Of a stretch of DNA of 64,000 bases, positions 24,323 to 37,751 are shown in pieces (the stretch's first letter is position 1; each line of letters starts with the position of its first letter). Origin of the DNA: Octopus sinensis (taxonomy: Eukaryota). The translations under genes were made by a program, and so were the position numbers. The notes beneath the pieces are model-generated. The model searched no databases and was not told the DNA's origin. It was given only the letters and a program-made list of their open reading frames with translations. The stretch lies in contig NC_043007.1 in NCBI RefSeq assembly GCF_006345805.1, positions 19,406,001-19,470,000 of the forward strand. Reading direction: 5' to 3'.

Positions 24323-24357
<35 letters not shown>

Positions 24358-25062
24358 TTGTGTGTTTGTTTGTGTGTGTTTGTCACCCCAACATCGCTTG
24401 ACAACTGATGGTGGTGTGTTTACATCCCCCGTAACTCAGCAGTTCAGCAAAAGGGAATGGATAGAATAAGTACTAGAGTTGCAAAGAATAAGTCCTGGGG
24501 TCAATTTGCTCAACTAAAGGCGGTGCTCCAGCATGGCCACAGCCAATGACTGAAACAAGTATAAGAATAAAAGAGTAAAACATTCAGGTGCCGCCACTGT
24601 TTTGCCGCCACCTTTGCCCCTCCTGTGAAAAGACAAGACTCAAAGCATGGCCAAAGGAACCAATTATCATAACTGCTATTATCATTCTAATATTTTCTTT
24701 ACCTTCCTATTTACACATGGCAGGTGTTGGCTATAGAATAGTGTAAACAACATATTCTTTTTCTCATTCAGGTGTGAAAACTTCAGATTTAAACGTGTCT
24801 CCCACCCCACCCAGAAGATATTGTCCATTCAAAGCAACAGAGATTTATGTGTTGCATTCATTTGATGCCTAATTGCATTAGCTGCTGTTGCCTTTAATGA
24901 GGCTGTGGTTGCTGTTTATTCTTATGCTCGTTATTTAACCCTAGGCCAGACCTGATTCAACAGATTTTATAATCAAGCGATTTCCAGCAATGACCATCCA
25001 GCTATTTTTTTTTTGGTTCTAATGAAAACATTGTTTCTAGGTCTGTCTTGGAAGGGTCATTA

Positions 25063-25207
25063 GTTGGCATCCTTTTTGTCTCGGGAGACAATGGAGTTGG
25101 GCATAAAAGTAGTCTAGTCCGGCTTTTACATTTAATGTCCTAATACATTTCCTGCTGTGGCTGTGTAGTCCTATCCTGGACAAACACTCCCTTTGGCAGG
25201 TGCCGCA
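25063..25207 (-). mobile_element. 5'-truncated RTE LINE end with 11-bp target-site duplication
   Basis: CGTCQRECLSRIGLHSHSRKC is the RTE C-terminal zinc-finger motif. AAGGGTCATTA flanks it at 25052-25062 and 25208-25218. Confidence 0.88.
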
Positions 25208-25266
25208 AAGGGTCATTATGCCAGTAATAATAATACATGTGAAGGTGCATGGCTCAGTGGTCAGAG

Positions 25267-25862
25267 CAGCATTCCTCAACTAGAGTTCCCTGGAACCCTA
25301 GGGTTCTGCAAAAGGTTCCTAGGGGTTCTGTGAGAAAGAATGAGATAAACTAATGCTAATTCCATGATTGTAATATTACCATACATGCACAACATATTAT
25401 TGGTAATCTTGTAATTGCATCTCATAACAACAATACGGCACAATTATTTCACCTCAAAAGGCCCCGCTCTCTTCAACATTACACCAGGACACGTCAAAAC
25501 AGAAACTGACCACACAAAATTCAAGAAGTCTTTGGACAAATTCCTTCAAGCAGTCCCAGACAAACCACCCACACCTGGATATGTCTCCACATACAATAAC
25601 TCTCTTTTCGAATGAGTCTTGGTGCCCAAATCCTGGATAGAAAGACTTCGCCAGGTGGTGCTATTATGTTAGACATGGCCTGGGCCAAAACCTTTCTAAG
25701 TTATATATATATATATATATATAAATATGATATTTACCACATAAAGTACGATGAAAAATATATGAGAAAGATATAGTATGTAATTCTTTTTGTGCAGGGG
25801 TTCCTTGAGACCTGTAATTTATTTTAAGGGTTACGCAAGGGCAGTAAGGTTGAGAAACACTG
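25267..25862. mobile_element. hAT-type MITE inserted in a SINE G head and itself interrupted by a LINE fragment
   Basis: Right end GGTTGAGAAACACTG, degenerate left end CAGCATTCCTCAAC, subterminal GGGTTC motifs. No clear 8-bp TSD. Confidence 0.65.
25420..25705 (+). mobile_element. 3' end of a CR1/L2-group LINE
   Basis: TIRHNYFTSKGPALFNITP...FKKSLDKFLQAVPDKPPTPGY...NNSLFE* resembles the recalled GP.LFN.LP...FK..LD.FL..IPD.P...GY motif. Short 3'UTR, then (TA)n. Confidence 0.78.
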
Positions 25863-28114
25863 GGTTGGTAGTGAGTTCAGTTCCCAGGCAAGGCTGCGTG
25901 TTGTGTTCTTGAGCAAGACACTTTATTTCACATTGCTCCAGTCCACTCATCTGTAGAAATGAGTTGCGACATCACTAGTGTCAAAGCTGTATCGGCCCCT
26001 TTACCTTTCCTTTGGATGACATCAGTGGCATACTGAGGGGAGTCAGGTATGCATGGGTGACTGCTGGTCTCCCACAAACAACCTTGCCCAGACTTGTGCC
26101 ATGGCGGGGGAACTTTCTAGGTGCAATCCCATGGTCATTCATAGCTGAAGGGGGTCTTTACCTTAATAATACATACACTGGTTCAATTCCACTTCTTTAT
26201 TATTTGTCAATTAGTTAAATATCTAATCAGTTAATTAATTAATCATTTGTTTAATGGTTCAATTGATTGATTGTTAGTCAAAGTTCTTTCACTGCTATTC
26301 ATAATCTTCTCAATCATTTGTCCTCAATCATTTGTCCTCAATCATTTGCCCTTAATCATTTGCTCTCAAAGTCTGTCCTATTGTTTCTAGGATTACATCA
26401 TTAAGGTGTCCTTCTATTTTTGAAGAAAGTAAAGAGTAATTTAAAGAAGATTTGGTTTGTATTTCTGGTAGGTTGTGTGAATAACTACATACCAGTTCCC
26501 TTCTTTGTTTTAACTTCATCTGCTGTCACTGTTTACCCCCAATTTGGCCTGAGAGAGCACACTTACCATCAAAGACATTCCAGCTGTGACCCTCACTCCC
26601 AGTTTTATTTTCAGACATACTATTCTCATTTCAGTCATTTTTGCTTCTTGTTCCAGTCGTTTAACTACGGCCAGGATGGAGCACCACCTTTTTTTCTTTT
26701 TAGTTGAAAAAATCGACCCCAGGACGTATTCTTTGTAAGCCTAGTACTTATTCTATCAGTTTCTTTTCCCGAAGTTATGGGGATGTAAACACACCAACAT
26801 CGGTTGTTAAGTGATGGTGGTGGGGGTGAGAAACACAGACACAAAGACACACATAAAATTGATGGGTTTCTTTCAGTTTTTGTCTACCAAATCCACTCAT
26901 AAGGCTTTGGTCAGCCCAAGGCTATTGTAGAAGACACTTGTCCGCCGAGGTGCCTCGCAGTGGAACTGAACTTAGAACCATGTAGTTGGTAAGCAAGCTT
27001 CTTACCACACAACCACGCCTGCACCTAAGATTGTACCATTTAGCATCTCCATCCTTATTTTCAAGACAGTAAATGGTAATCTGAGGCAGCAAACTGGAAG
27101 AGTTGGCAGCACATCGGACAAAATGCTTTGAAGTGTTTCTTTCAGTTCTTTATGTTCTGAGTTCAAATCCTGCCCAGGTGAACTTTACTTTTCATCTTTT
27201 TGGGAGTCGATAAAATAAAGTACCCTTCAAGCACTGGGATTGGAGGTATCGACTTGTCTACCCCTCCCCTCAAAGTTGTTGGCCTTGAACCCTGCAATGG
27301 ACTAGTATCCCTTTCAGGAACAATGTGAACTCAGCCAAACAGATGCCACGGAAACCAGTCTTATGAGTCTGAGAACTTGAGAAAAAAAGGTGAGTTCTGA
27401 GAGATTTGGCTTCTATTTTTGTCATGTTAATGAACTGGAAGAACCAGCAGTAAAGGTGACCTCAATGGGATTTTAATTCAGAATGAAAAGGGCCCTGACT
27501 AAATACCACAAGGCATTTTTCTCTACTATTCTACCAATCGACCTCAGAACTTATTCTTTCTAAGCCTAGTACTTATTCTATCAGTCTCTTTTGCCAAACT
27601 GCTAAGTTACATGGACAGAAACACACTAGTATCGGATGTCAAGGGATGGTGGGAGAACAAACACAGAAACACAAACATACACATACATACATATATATAT
27701 ATGTACAACAGGCTTCTTTCAGTTTCCATCTATCAAATCCACTCACAAGGCTTTGATTGGCCTGAAGCTATAGTAGAAGCACACTTGTTGAAGGTGCTGT
27801 GCAGTGGGACTGAACCCCGAACCATGTGGTTGGTAAGCAAGCTTCTTACCACACAACCACTCCTGCACATATCTTGCTCAAGAACACAACATACTGCCAG
27901 GAATTGAACTCACAGTCATGAGCCAAACGCCCTAACCACTAAGCCATGCACCTGAGCTGTAACTACTACAACCTCTACACCACTTGTAGAACTGCATCCA
28001 AAACATCAATAGCCTGATGTACTCTGAAAGTCCCCTGAAGTTCAATGCAGCCTGTTACATAAGTGGGGACAATTAAGTTTTGTGTTCCACCCAGATTAAA
28101 CAACCCAGGTAGTA

Positions 28115-28640
28115 TTGGTGGTGGTAATGGTGGTGGTGGTTGTGGTGGTGGTAGTGGTGGTTGTGGTGGTGGTGGTGGTGGGGTGGGGTTGGGGACGAAA
28201 CAACTTTAAAAGTGATATATTCGGTATATTGCAATGTGTGAATGTGAAACAGAGAGTGGTGGTAGTGGTGGTTGTGGTAAGTGGTAGCAGTGATGATGGT
28301 GGTGGTGGTGATGGTAGTGGTTGTGGTGGTGGTAGTGGTGGTTAGTAGCGGTAGTAGTAGTAGTGGTGGTGGTAGTAGTGATGGTGGGTAGCAGTGGTTG
28401 TGGTAGTGGTGGTGGTGGTGGTGATGGTAGTGGTTGTGGTGGTGGTAGTGGTGGTTGTGGTGGTGGTAGTGGTGGTGGTGGTGATGGTAGTGGTTGTGGT
28501 GGTGCTGGATAGTAGTAGTGATGGCGGTGGTGTTGCTGGTAGTAGTGGGCAGCAGTGGTTGTGGTAGTGGTGGTTAGTAGCGGTAGTAGTAGTAGTGGTG
28601 GTGGTAGCAGTGGTGGTGGTGGTGGTGGTGGTGGTGGTTA
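28115..28640. repeat. (GGT/AGT)n compound microsatellite
   Basis: Directly visible. Confidence 0.95.
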
Positions 28641-29035
28641 TGTCTGTAGAAGTATAGAGAGCTCATGTGGAGCCATGTATATTAACAAAGCGACACTACA
28701 GCTTGACGCAATGCTCTACATAACATGAATTAGTAAATATTACAAATTAATACATGCATACACACACACACACACATACACACACACACATAATAGAGAT
28801 GGGGGTATGACAGGAAACAAGTGGGGGGGAGGATAAAAAAGCAAAGAAAGGAAAGAATGAAACTGTGTCAGTCTCTTTTGTGTAGATGTGAAAAGGAAAA
28901 TATTTGTGCGTCGAGGGGAGGGGCCTCGTCTCGATTTGATTTTTGTCATTTGAATAGAAAAAGTCAAACTACAAGTAGAAATAATATTTGCAAACTAAGT
29001 CATCAACCCGACCCCTATGAACGGTGATCTCCTGA

Positions 29036-29950
29036 TTAAATGCGCCGCCTTGACTGGCTCTTGTGCCAGTGGCACATAAAAAGCACCATCCGTACGTGGT
29101 CGATGCCAGTGCCGACTTGACTGGCTTCCATGTCGGTGGCATGTAAAAAGCACCAACCGTTCGTGATCCTGGCACCTGTGATGGTGGCACGTAAAAAGCA
29201 CCATCCGAACATGGCCGATGCCAGCGCCGACTTGACTGGCTTCCATGTCGGTGGCACGTAAGAAGCACCGACCGTTCGTGATCCTAGCACCTGTGATGGT
29301 GGCACGTAAAAAGCACCATCCGAACGTGGTCGATACCAGTGCCGACTTGACTGGCTTCCATGTCGGTGGCACGTAAGAAGCACCAACCGTTCGTGATCCT
29401 AGCACCTGTGATGGTGGCACGTAAAAAGCACCATCCGAACGTGGTCGATACCAGTGCCGACTTGACTGGCTTCCATGTCGGTGGCATGTAAAAAGCACCA
29501 ACCGTTCGTGATCCTGGCACCTGTGATGGTGGCACGTAAAAAGCACCATCCGAACTTGGTCGATACCAGTGCCGACTTGACTGGCTTCCATGTCGGTGGC
29601 ATGTAAAAAGCACCAACCGTTCGTGATCCTGGCACCTGTGATGGTGGCACATAAAAAGCACCATCCGAACGTGGCCGATGCCAGTGCCGCCTTGACTGGC
29701 TTCTGTGTCAGTGGCACATAAAAAGCACCAACCTATTGTGGCCGTTGCCAGCCTCCCCTGGCACCTGTTCCAGTGGCATGTAAAAAGTACCCACTACACT
29801 CTTGGAGTGGCTGGCATTAGGAAGATCAGCCAACTGTAGAAACACTGCCAGATCAGAGTGGAGCCTGGTGCAGCCTCCTGGCTTCCCAGACCCCGGTCAA
29901 ACCGTCCAACCCATGCTAGCATGGAAAACGGACGTTAAACGATGATGATG
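29036..29950 (+). mobile_element. RTE 3' end (family D) carrying a 115-bp tandem array
   Basis: Units start at 29066, 29181, 29296, 29411, 29526 and 29641. Each is 67+48 bp, both parts starting GGTGGCACGTAAAAAGCACC. The standard family D tail follows. Confidence 0.92.
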
Positions 29951-30347
29951 ACGACATATATACTTATACACATACTAACATGTGCATGCGTACATACACA
30001 TACTTACACACAAACACATACATACTGAGACTGGCGCTCTGTCAGTTATGGCAATGAGGGTTCCAGTCGATCCGATCAACAGAACAGAGTCGTTGCGGAA
30101 CTAACGTATCCTTGACGAAGTTCTCAGGGAGATTAAGCATGACACAGAGTGTGACAAGTTATGACCCCTTTGAAATGAAAGGTACTACTCATTTTTATCA
30201 GCTGGGTGGACTGGGACGATGTGAGATAAAAAGACTTGCTTAAGGACACAGGTCACCAGATATCGAACCCAGGATCTTATGATCTTAAACTGAATACCCA
30301 AACCACTTGGCCACACGCTTTCCCTATACACATAAATATATATACAT

Positions 30348-30567
30348 ATGATGTCTGCCCCCTCGTTATCGAGTATGGCCATTGCATGAAGCTTAACTGT
30401 TACTGGTGCTGTGATCGAATGTGACTTTTTAGCCCAGCTAAAGATCTACAATGTCTTGTACAGAATTGGCAGCTAAAACCTTTACCGGTAATAGCTGGCT
30501 GTAGTTGTAACTGGGCTTCATGTACCTTTGCATGTCGTTTAAGTCCTCCTGCTGAATTACACTCTCT
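30348..30567 (-). mobile_element. 3' end of a second RTE-like LINE with tandem C2H2 motifs
   Basis: ECNSAGGLKRHAKVH...FSCQFCTRHCRSLAGLKSHIRSQHQ*, followed by a short 3'UTR ending CATCAT. Flanked by TA/CA repeats. Confidence 0.7.
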
Positions 30568-31101
30568 TATATATATACACATATATATATATGTGTGTAT
30601 ATATATATGTACGTATATACACATACATACATCATTATTGTCATTGTTATTGTCCAACATCCATTTTCCATGCTGGCATGGGTTGGATGGTTTGCAGGAA
30701 CCAATAAAAACCTGAGGACTGTACCAAACTCCAATGTCTGCTATGGCATGGTTTCTATAGCTGCATGCCCTCCCTAATAACATCCACTTCACAGAGTGTA
30801 CTGGGTGCTCTTTACGAGACACTGGTACATCTAGGGTTGCCAAGTAACTCACAAGACAATGCATACCATATTTGGTGATTCACAAAGGTACACCCTTTCC
30901 AAAAAAGATGTTTCAAAAGATGGAAAAAAAAAACCTTTGGTCTCAAATGCAGTGTTTGACCATTCTTACATGTTTCAGTCTACTTAAACCTTTTCAGCCT
31001 GAATATATGTGGCAGAAACTGAAATGCATTTGTTATCACCTCACTTATTCTCAACCCCGCCCTCGTCCCTCAAGGGCATGTCTCAACATAGGTACATGGG
31101 G

Positions 31102-31426
31102 GAGCAGCAGGATAGCAATGACACAGTTGGCAAAGGGGATGGGGCAAAAGAGAAGGGGAGGGGCAAAAGCGAAGGGGAGGGGCAAAAGCGAAGGGGAGGG
31201 GCAAAAGAGAAGGGCAGGGGCAAAAGAGAAGGGCAGGGGCAAAAGAGAAGGGCAGGGGCAAAAGAGAAGTGGGGGCAGGCAAGAAAGATCTCAAAGTGGC
31301 AATAATTGATCTCATCCTGAATCTCAGACAATCCGTTTTCAGCAGTTTGATCAATTCAACAACCAGACCCATTGAATTTGTGAAGAAGTGGCTGAGTATC
31401 TCAAGACAAGCGTAACCTTTAACCCT
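31102..31426 (+). repeat. Module shared with 60835-61041, here with an internal about 20-bp G-rich minisatellite (GGGGCAAAAGAGAAGGGCA, about 7 units)
   Basis: Collinear match from GAGCAGCAGGATAGCAA to TAACCTTTAACCCT. Confidence 0.85.
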
Positions 31427-31530
31427 TTAGCATTCAGATTACTCTGTCAAATGTAATGTTTATCTATTCCCACAATTTTAAATCAATGATTCGTTATCTC
31501 ATAGCTTTGAGATTTCAATGATGTGATTGC
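31419..31530 (+). mobile_element. Left-end fragment of a TTAA-CCCTTT (piggyBac-like) MITE family
   Basis: TTAACCCTTTAGCATTCAGATTACTC. Related fragments at about 11640-11755 and 33000-33190. Confidence 0.6.
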
Positions 31531-32748
31531 TTGTCACATGCCCTTGAGGGCATTTTTCAACACATCTTTGCCACCACCTCTCTCACCATTGCTCTCTTTA
31601 TCTTACTCTCTAACTTACTCTCCTTTCTTTTCCAACTGGGGTATTTCTGTATCTACTCTACCCTTGTCCCTCTTCACCGTTAATCTCTCAACTGGCACCA
31701 ACCGCCGCCCCCTCCTTTATACTACTCTCCCCTCCACTCCCAGCTGAGGAGTTGTCTTGGAGGTTGCTCGGTGACCTTGGCAGTGCTGGTGCCATGTAAA
31801 AAGTATGCAGTACTCACTGTAAAGTGGTTGGCATTAGGAAGGGCATTCAGCCATAGAAACCCTATCAAAACAGACAATTGGGGCCTGGTACAGCACCTGG
31901 CTTTGACAGCTCCCTGTCAAACCGTCCAACCCATGCCAGCATGGAAAACTGGTATCAAATGATGCTGATGTCTGTGTATCTTTTATGCCATCAAATACAG
32001 TACACACACACACACATACACCACCCCCAACACACACACATGTTCTTTTATTTTTTTACTTGTTTCAGTCATTTGACTGTGGCCATGCTGGAGCACTGCC
32101 TTAAAGGGTTTTAGCCAAAGAAATCGACCCCAGGACTTAAGCTTTGTAAGTCTAGTACTTATTCTATCGGTCTCTTTTGCCAAACTGCTAAGCTACTGGG
32201 ACATAAACATACCAGCATCGGTTGTCAAGTGTTGGCAGGGGGACAAACACAGACACACGCACACCTAAATATATATACATATATACATATGGAAAAGGTG
32301 GGGAACCACTGTACTATAGCCTTGAGTCAACAAAATTCTTGTGAGTAGATTTGATAGACGGAAACTGAAAGAAGCCTATCATATGTGTGTGTGTATGTTT
32401 TTGTTTATGCTTGTTCCCATCCACTGCTTGAGAAACGGTGTTAGTGTGTTTATGTCCCTTTAACTTAATGGTTCAGCAAAAGAGACTAATAAAATAAGTA
32501 CCAGGTTTTGCAAAAAAAGAAATTAAAAGAATAAGTGCTGGGGTCTGCTTATTCAACTAAATATTGTTCAAGTTGATGCCCCAGGATCGCCACAGCCTAA
32601 TGTCTGAAGCAAGTAAAAGATTAAGGTTACAAGAATTGTAATAATTAGAGAAATAAATGTTTGTTTTTGAGGAATTTAAGAAAAGATTAGCAAATAATAA
32701 TTATTTAAATGGGTCTTCCCACAGACAGCTTTGAATATGCTTATCCTG

Positions 32749-32795
<47 letters not shown>

Positions 32796-33195
32796 AATGA
32801 AATTTTTAATTTAATTCATGGACCCCCATTACTACCTTTGCAGACCACCACTGGTCCATGGACCACATGTTGCGAACCACTGGTATAGCAGAAGACACTT
32901 TCCAAAGGTGCCGTGCAGTGGGACTGAACCCAGAACCATGTGGTTAGAAAGCAAGTTTTTTACCCCACACACATGCCTACACCTCTTTTTTAAAAAAAAT
33001 TAATCCTTTAGTATTCAGATTACTTTGTTAAATCTAATCCTTATTTATTTATTCCAATAATCCTGGATTATCTTGTAGTTTTTGAGATTTCAACGAAGTA
33101 ATTGTTTGTGTTTAGAACGACATAGTAGGATAGGTGTGAAAGGCAAGATCTAGCCTGTTTGAAGAGAAAACAAGTAGAAAATTTTGGGTAGGATA

Positions 33196-33725
33196 TCATC
33201 ATCATCGTTTAATGTCTGATTTCCATGCTAGCATGGGTTGGACGGTTCGACTGGGGTCTGGGAAGCCAGAAGGCTGCACCAGGCTCCAGTCTGATCTGGC
33301 AGTGTTTCTACAGCTGGATGCCCTTCCTAATGCCAACCACTCTGTGAGTGTAGTGGGTGCTTTTTATGCGCCACCGGCACGGGTGCCAGTCAAGGCGGCA
33401 CTAGCATCGGCCACGTTTGGATGGAGCTTTTTATGTGCCACCGGCACAGAAGCCAGTCAAGGTGGCACTGGCATCAGCCACGTTCGGATGGTGCTTTTTA
33501 CGTGCCACCAGCATGGAAGCCAGGCAAGGTGGCACTGGCATCGGCCATGTTCGGATGTTGCTTTTTATGTGCCACTGCCATGGAAGCCAGTCAAGGAGGC
33601 ACTGGCATCGGCCACGTTCGGAAGGCACTTTTTATGTGCCATTGGCACGGAAGCCAGTCAAGGTGGCGCTGGCATCGGCCACGTTTGGATGGCGCTTTTT
33701 ATGTGCCACCGGCACAGGGATCACG
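33196..33725 (-). mobile_element. RTE 3' end (family D) with a 67-bp tandem array
   Basis: Cores at 33359, 33426, 33493, 33560, 33627 and 33694 (exact 67-bp period). Confidence 0.92.
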
Positions 33726-34104
33726 TCTTTGGAATAAATGTTAAAATGTTAAGTTGGCAGGTGGTGGTGGTAGTGGAGGTGATGGTGGAGCGCAACTGTC
33801 AAAATTCAACCTTGAAGAAAATGTGAGGTGATGGCTTCTTAGCGTCAGATGATATGTTAAACAAATGGCATGCAGGAAGAATGAAGCAGTGATATATACA
33901 GCATCTTGGAAGATTCTGTAAATGGAAACCCGAATAGGAATCACTCGCTGCAGCACACTGGTTTGTTAATGAGTAAAAATTGAAACTTTAGAAATTCAGA
34001 ATTTACATATATTTATAGACTGGCTCATCATCATCATCATAATAATAATATTAATAATAATAATATTAATAATAATAATAATAATGATGATAATAATAAT
34101 AATG

Positions 34105-34186
<82 letters not shown>

Positions 34187-34362
34187 TGTGTATATGTCTG
34201 CATGTATATGAGTGTGTGTTTATGTATGTATGTAGGTAGGTACGAGAGAAAGTTGAAGGTAGTGTTATTAAAAAAATTATCAAAAATAATAAATATTATT
34301 TACTGGGAAAGAATTTGATATATCTGGAGAGTGTGTGTAATTTATTAGATAGAAATAAAGAG

Positions 34363-34409
34363 CGACTGGGACTTTGAAGTTTCATCGACCACAGATCATC
34401 AGTCTGTCG
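34363..34409 (-). ncRNA. Hammerhead-like motif with intact core and damaged stems I and II
   Basis: Minus strand CGACAGA-CTGATGA-TCTGTGGTCGAT-GAAA-CTTCAAAG-TC-CCAGTCG. Confidence 0.55.
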
Positions 34410-35332
34410 GATAAGCATTTACTGGCAAGCCTTCAAAGGCACACCATCCATATGTATATATGTACGTGTGTATGTATCACTCGTTACTCTAACTCACATC
34501 TGTCATTCATGTGCATTCCATGTAATGAAAGATGGTACTGGAACTACCTTACTTCCCATACTTCCTTCCTACCACTGCCCTTATAATTTTTTCTTCATTC
34601 GCTCATCTTGTGACCCTCATGAGATATTGAACCAAACCTTTTTGTACTTGATTCACTCTGTTACCACTCTTCCTGCTGTCCTGCCAGTCATCACTCACTC
34701 TCCCCAACACCACATATTATTGCCATCCATCACTTACTCTTACCGTTGTCTAACTGCATCATTCTGAATCATTCTGTTTCCACCCTCATACAATAACTCC
34801 CTCTCCTTAATCTTCATTTATCATTCTTTCACCCATTTACCTTTTCAGCCACATTTCCTCCAGTGATCATATGATCAAACATGTTTTGTAGTGAGGAATT
34901 TTTAATCTTTCAATGCACAAGACAACCTCTCTCATGCTGGAATCACAATAACATGAACCCTGTCTGCTCTGTAATGGTTTGGCAAATTAATGAAGAAAAT
35001 CTAGGGCTAAGAGGGCCTGCCTTTTAGTTTCATCTTGTTGAGGGCAAGACATCCCTTCAAGTGCCATGATACAAAACATTCAGTGCCCAACTTATCTTAA
35101 CTCCCAATTAGAACTGCCTGGATCTTGAACTTTTCATTTCATTCCAACATGAAATTTCTTGTAACTGACTTATTCCCTGCCCTCAAAATTACTGGTCCCA
35201 TACAAAAATTACTATTATTGTAAATGAATAAATTCAAAAATTAATGAATTTAAATTTCACAGAAATATTTATTGGTTCTATTTATATACATATGAATGAA
35301 ATTAATTAGGAGTTACTAATATACATAGACAT

Positions 35333-35562
35333 AAGGTGGTGAGCTGGCAAAATCGTTAGCATGCTGGGCGAAATGCCTAACGGTATTTCGTCTGCTGTTA
35401 CATTCTGAGTTCAAATTCTGCTGAGGTCGACTTTGCCTTTCATCCTTTTGGAGTTGATTAAGTACCAGTTACACAATGGGGTTGATGTAATCAACTTAAC
35501 CCTTTGTCTGTCCTTGTTTGTCCTGTCTATGTTTAGCCCCCTGTGGGCAATAAAGAAATAAA
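35333..35562 (+). mobile_element. SINE family A
   Basis: Head, box B and core are present. Other approximate copies: 19170-19385-, 19400-19600-, 20445-20590-, 27075-27290+, 47500-47712-, 48635-48755-, 52430-52770-, 59325-59530+. Confidence 0.88.
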
Positions 35563-36128
35563 TATACATAGACATGTTGTGTGTGTGTGTGTGTGTGTTT
35601 ACATCCATGTAACTTAGCGGTTTGGAAAAAGACCCCTATAGTGTAAGTACTAGGCTTACATAGAATAAGACCTGGGGTTGATTTGTTTGACTAAAAGCGA
35701 TGTTCCAGAATGGCTGCAGTCAAGTGACTGAAACGTATAAAAGAATAAAAGAATGGTGTATCTAGGACTCTATTGTCTAATGTGCCATTCCCCAGCATCT
35801 ATGCCTCATGGGTGATATGTGTTGACAGTTTTTCTTTCAATCACCAGAGCAACTTGAACTTTACGAAAGTAAAAGTTTTCTATTCGTTAGAACATACGAA
35901 ATGAAGACTAATTATGTGAAAGTCTGAAAACAAACAGGAACGATTATTCTTTTATTTGTTTCAGTCATTTAAACTGCGGCCATGCTGGAGCACTGCCTTT
36001 AGTCGAACAAATCATCGAACCCCAGGATTTATTCTTTGTAAGCCCGGTAGTCTCTTTTTGCCAAACTGCAAAGTTACAGGGACGTAAACACACCAACATT
36101 GGTTGTCAAGCGATGGTGGTGGGGGTGA

Positions 36129-36174
<46 letters not shown>

Positions 36175-37751
36175 TAAACATATACGACGGGCTTCTTTCA
36201 GTTTCTGTCTACCAAATCCTCTCACATGGTTTTAGTCGGCCCAAGGCTATAGTAGAACACACTTGCACAAGGTGCCACACAGTGGGACTGAACCCGGAAC
36301 CATGTGGTTGGTATGCAAGCTACTTACCACACAGCCATTCCAGTGCCTATGGACAAATTTATGAAAATGCTTAGGACAGGCAAAGGGTTACATAATGTGT
36401 TATTTAGAGGTGATTTGGCTGTTATTTCTAACAGAGTGAGTAACTATTAATATATTATTTGAGGCTGTTGTTGTTGTTGGTGGTAAACACATTCATAGCA
36501 GCAGTAATATTTGCAAGGAGCATAGTTTAAATCAGCTACATATAATGTTACCATCCTAACCATCACCACCATCATCACCTTTATAAACCGTTTCTTCTCC
36601 TCCGCCACTAGCATAACCACCGTCATCACCATCACCACCATCATCACCTTTATAAAGCGTTGCTTCTCCACCGCCACCGTCACCATCATCATCATCATCA
36701 TCACTACCTGCAGTTATTAGTGCATTCCAGAAGACTGCACCTGGTGCAATTAGTTGCAGGTGTTGACACAAACCTAGCAATGGGCATAGTTACTGTACAG
36801 TGTTATCTGCAACACTATTTCCCCCCGAAAGCCATATGGCAAGGTGTAGCGGGGTCGGAGTTGGCAAGTGTGGGGTAGCGTTTGGTACTTTGCAGTTTGT
36901 ATTACTGTTACTATGTGGTGGTGGTGGTAGTGGTGGTGGTGGTAGTAGTGGTGGTGGTAGTGGTGGTGGTGGTAGTAGTGGTGGTGGTGTGTTGGATCGG
37001 TGCGTTACGGCTTGTGTTACTGCACTGCTTTATGCACCACACAGAGTAGTGTATCATTGCATGATAAATGGAACTGACAGACACAGAAGAAGAGAAAAAG
37101 TCAAGGACAGGAGGCTCTATGAAATCGCTCAGCCTGCTAGAAATAGTAGCCAAATCTCCATCAAACCACACTCTACACTTTAAAAAGAAAAACAAAAAAC
37201 AAAAAGAAGCTTGCTTCCCAACCATATGGTTCCGGGTTCAGTCCCACTGCATGGCACCTTGGGCAAGTGTCTTCTGCAATAACCTTGGACCAATCAAAGC
37301 CTTGTGAGTGGATTTGGTAGACAGAAACTGAAAGAAGCCTGTCGTATATATATATTTATATATATATATATATATATATATTGTTATTATTTTTATTGCA
37401 TTTATATTTGCGTAACATTGTTTTTTCCGTCTTTGTTTTTGTATATATTCGATGTTTTTTTCCAAGGAATCTAATGCTCTTAGCTTAATTTTTCCTTGGG
37501 GCTGGCCAGATTGGAGCAATCTCAAGAATAATCAGCCGAAATTGCGAGGATAATCTGGTTCTTGACTGAAGATGAAAAAAAATTTCGAATGACCCGTCCT
37601 TGTTTTCTTTGTATCGTCTATCTGGATGCTTTGTTGTCCCTTTTTGTATCACCTAGTTGTTCAGATGTTTTGCGTTCTTGTCCCATTTTGTATTATATAT
37701 ATATATATTAATAAAAACGTTAAGATAACAAAAGAAAGAAAGAGACAGATG

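Noticed and set aside
24755-24870. Plus-strand polypyrimidine-CAG with short open frame (VKTSDLNVSPTPPRRYCPF...)
   Set aside because: No good donor and no recognisable protein. It is unique sequence and could be a conserved non-coding element, but this is unsupported.
27960-28060. Possible minus-strand exon (CIELQGTFRVHQAIDVLDAVLQV)
   Set aside because: Weak acceptor, no consensus donor, no recognisable homology.
29066-29720. CRISPR array
   Set aside because: The spacers are themselves repeated, the array lies in a LINE 3'UTR in eukaryotic DNA, and there are no cas genes.
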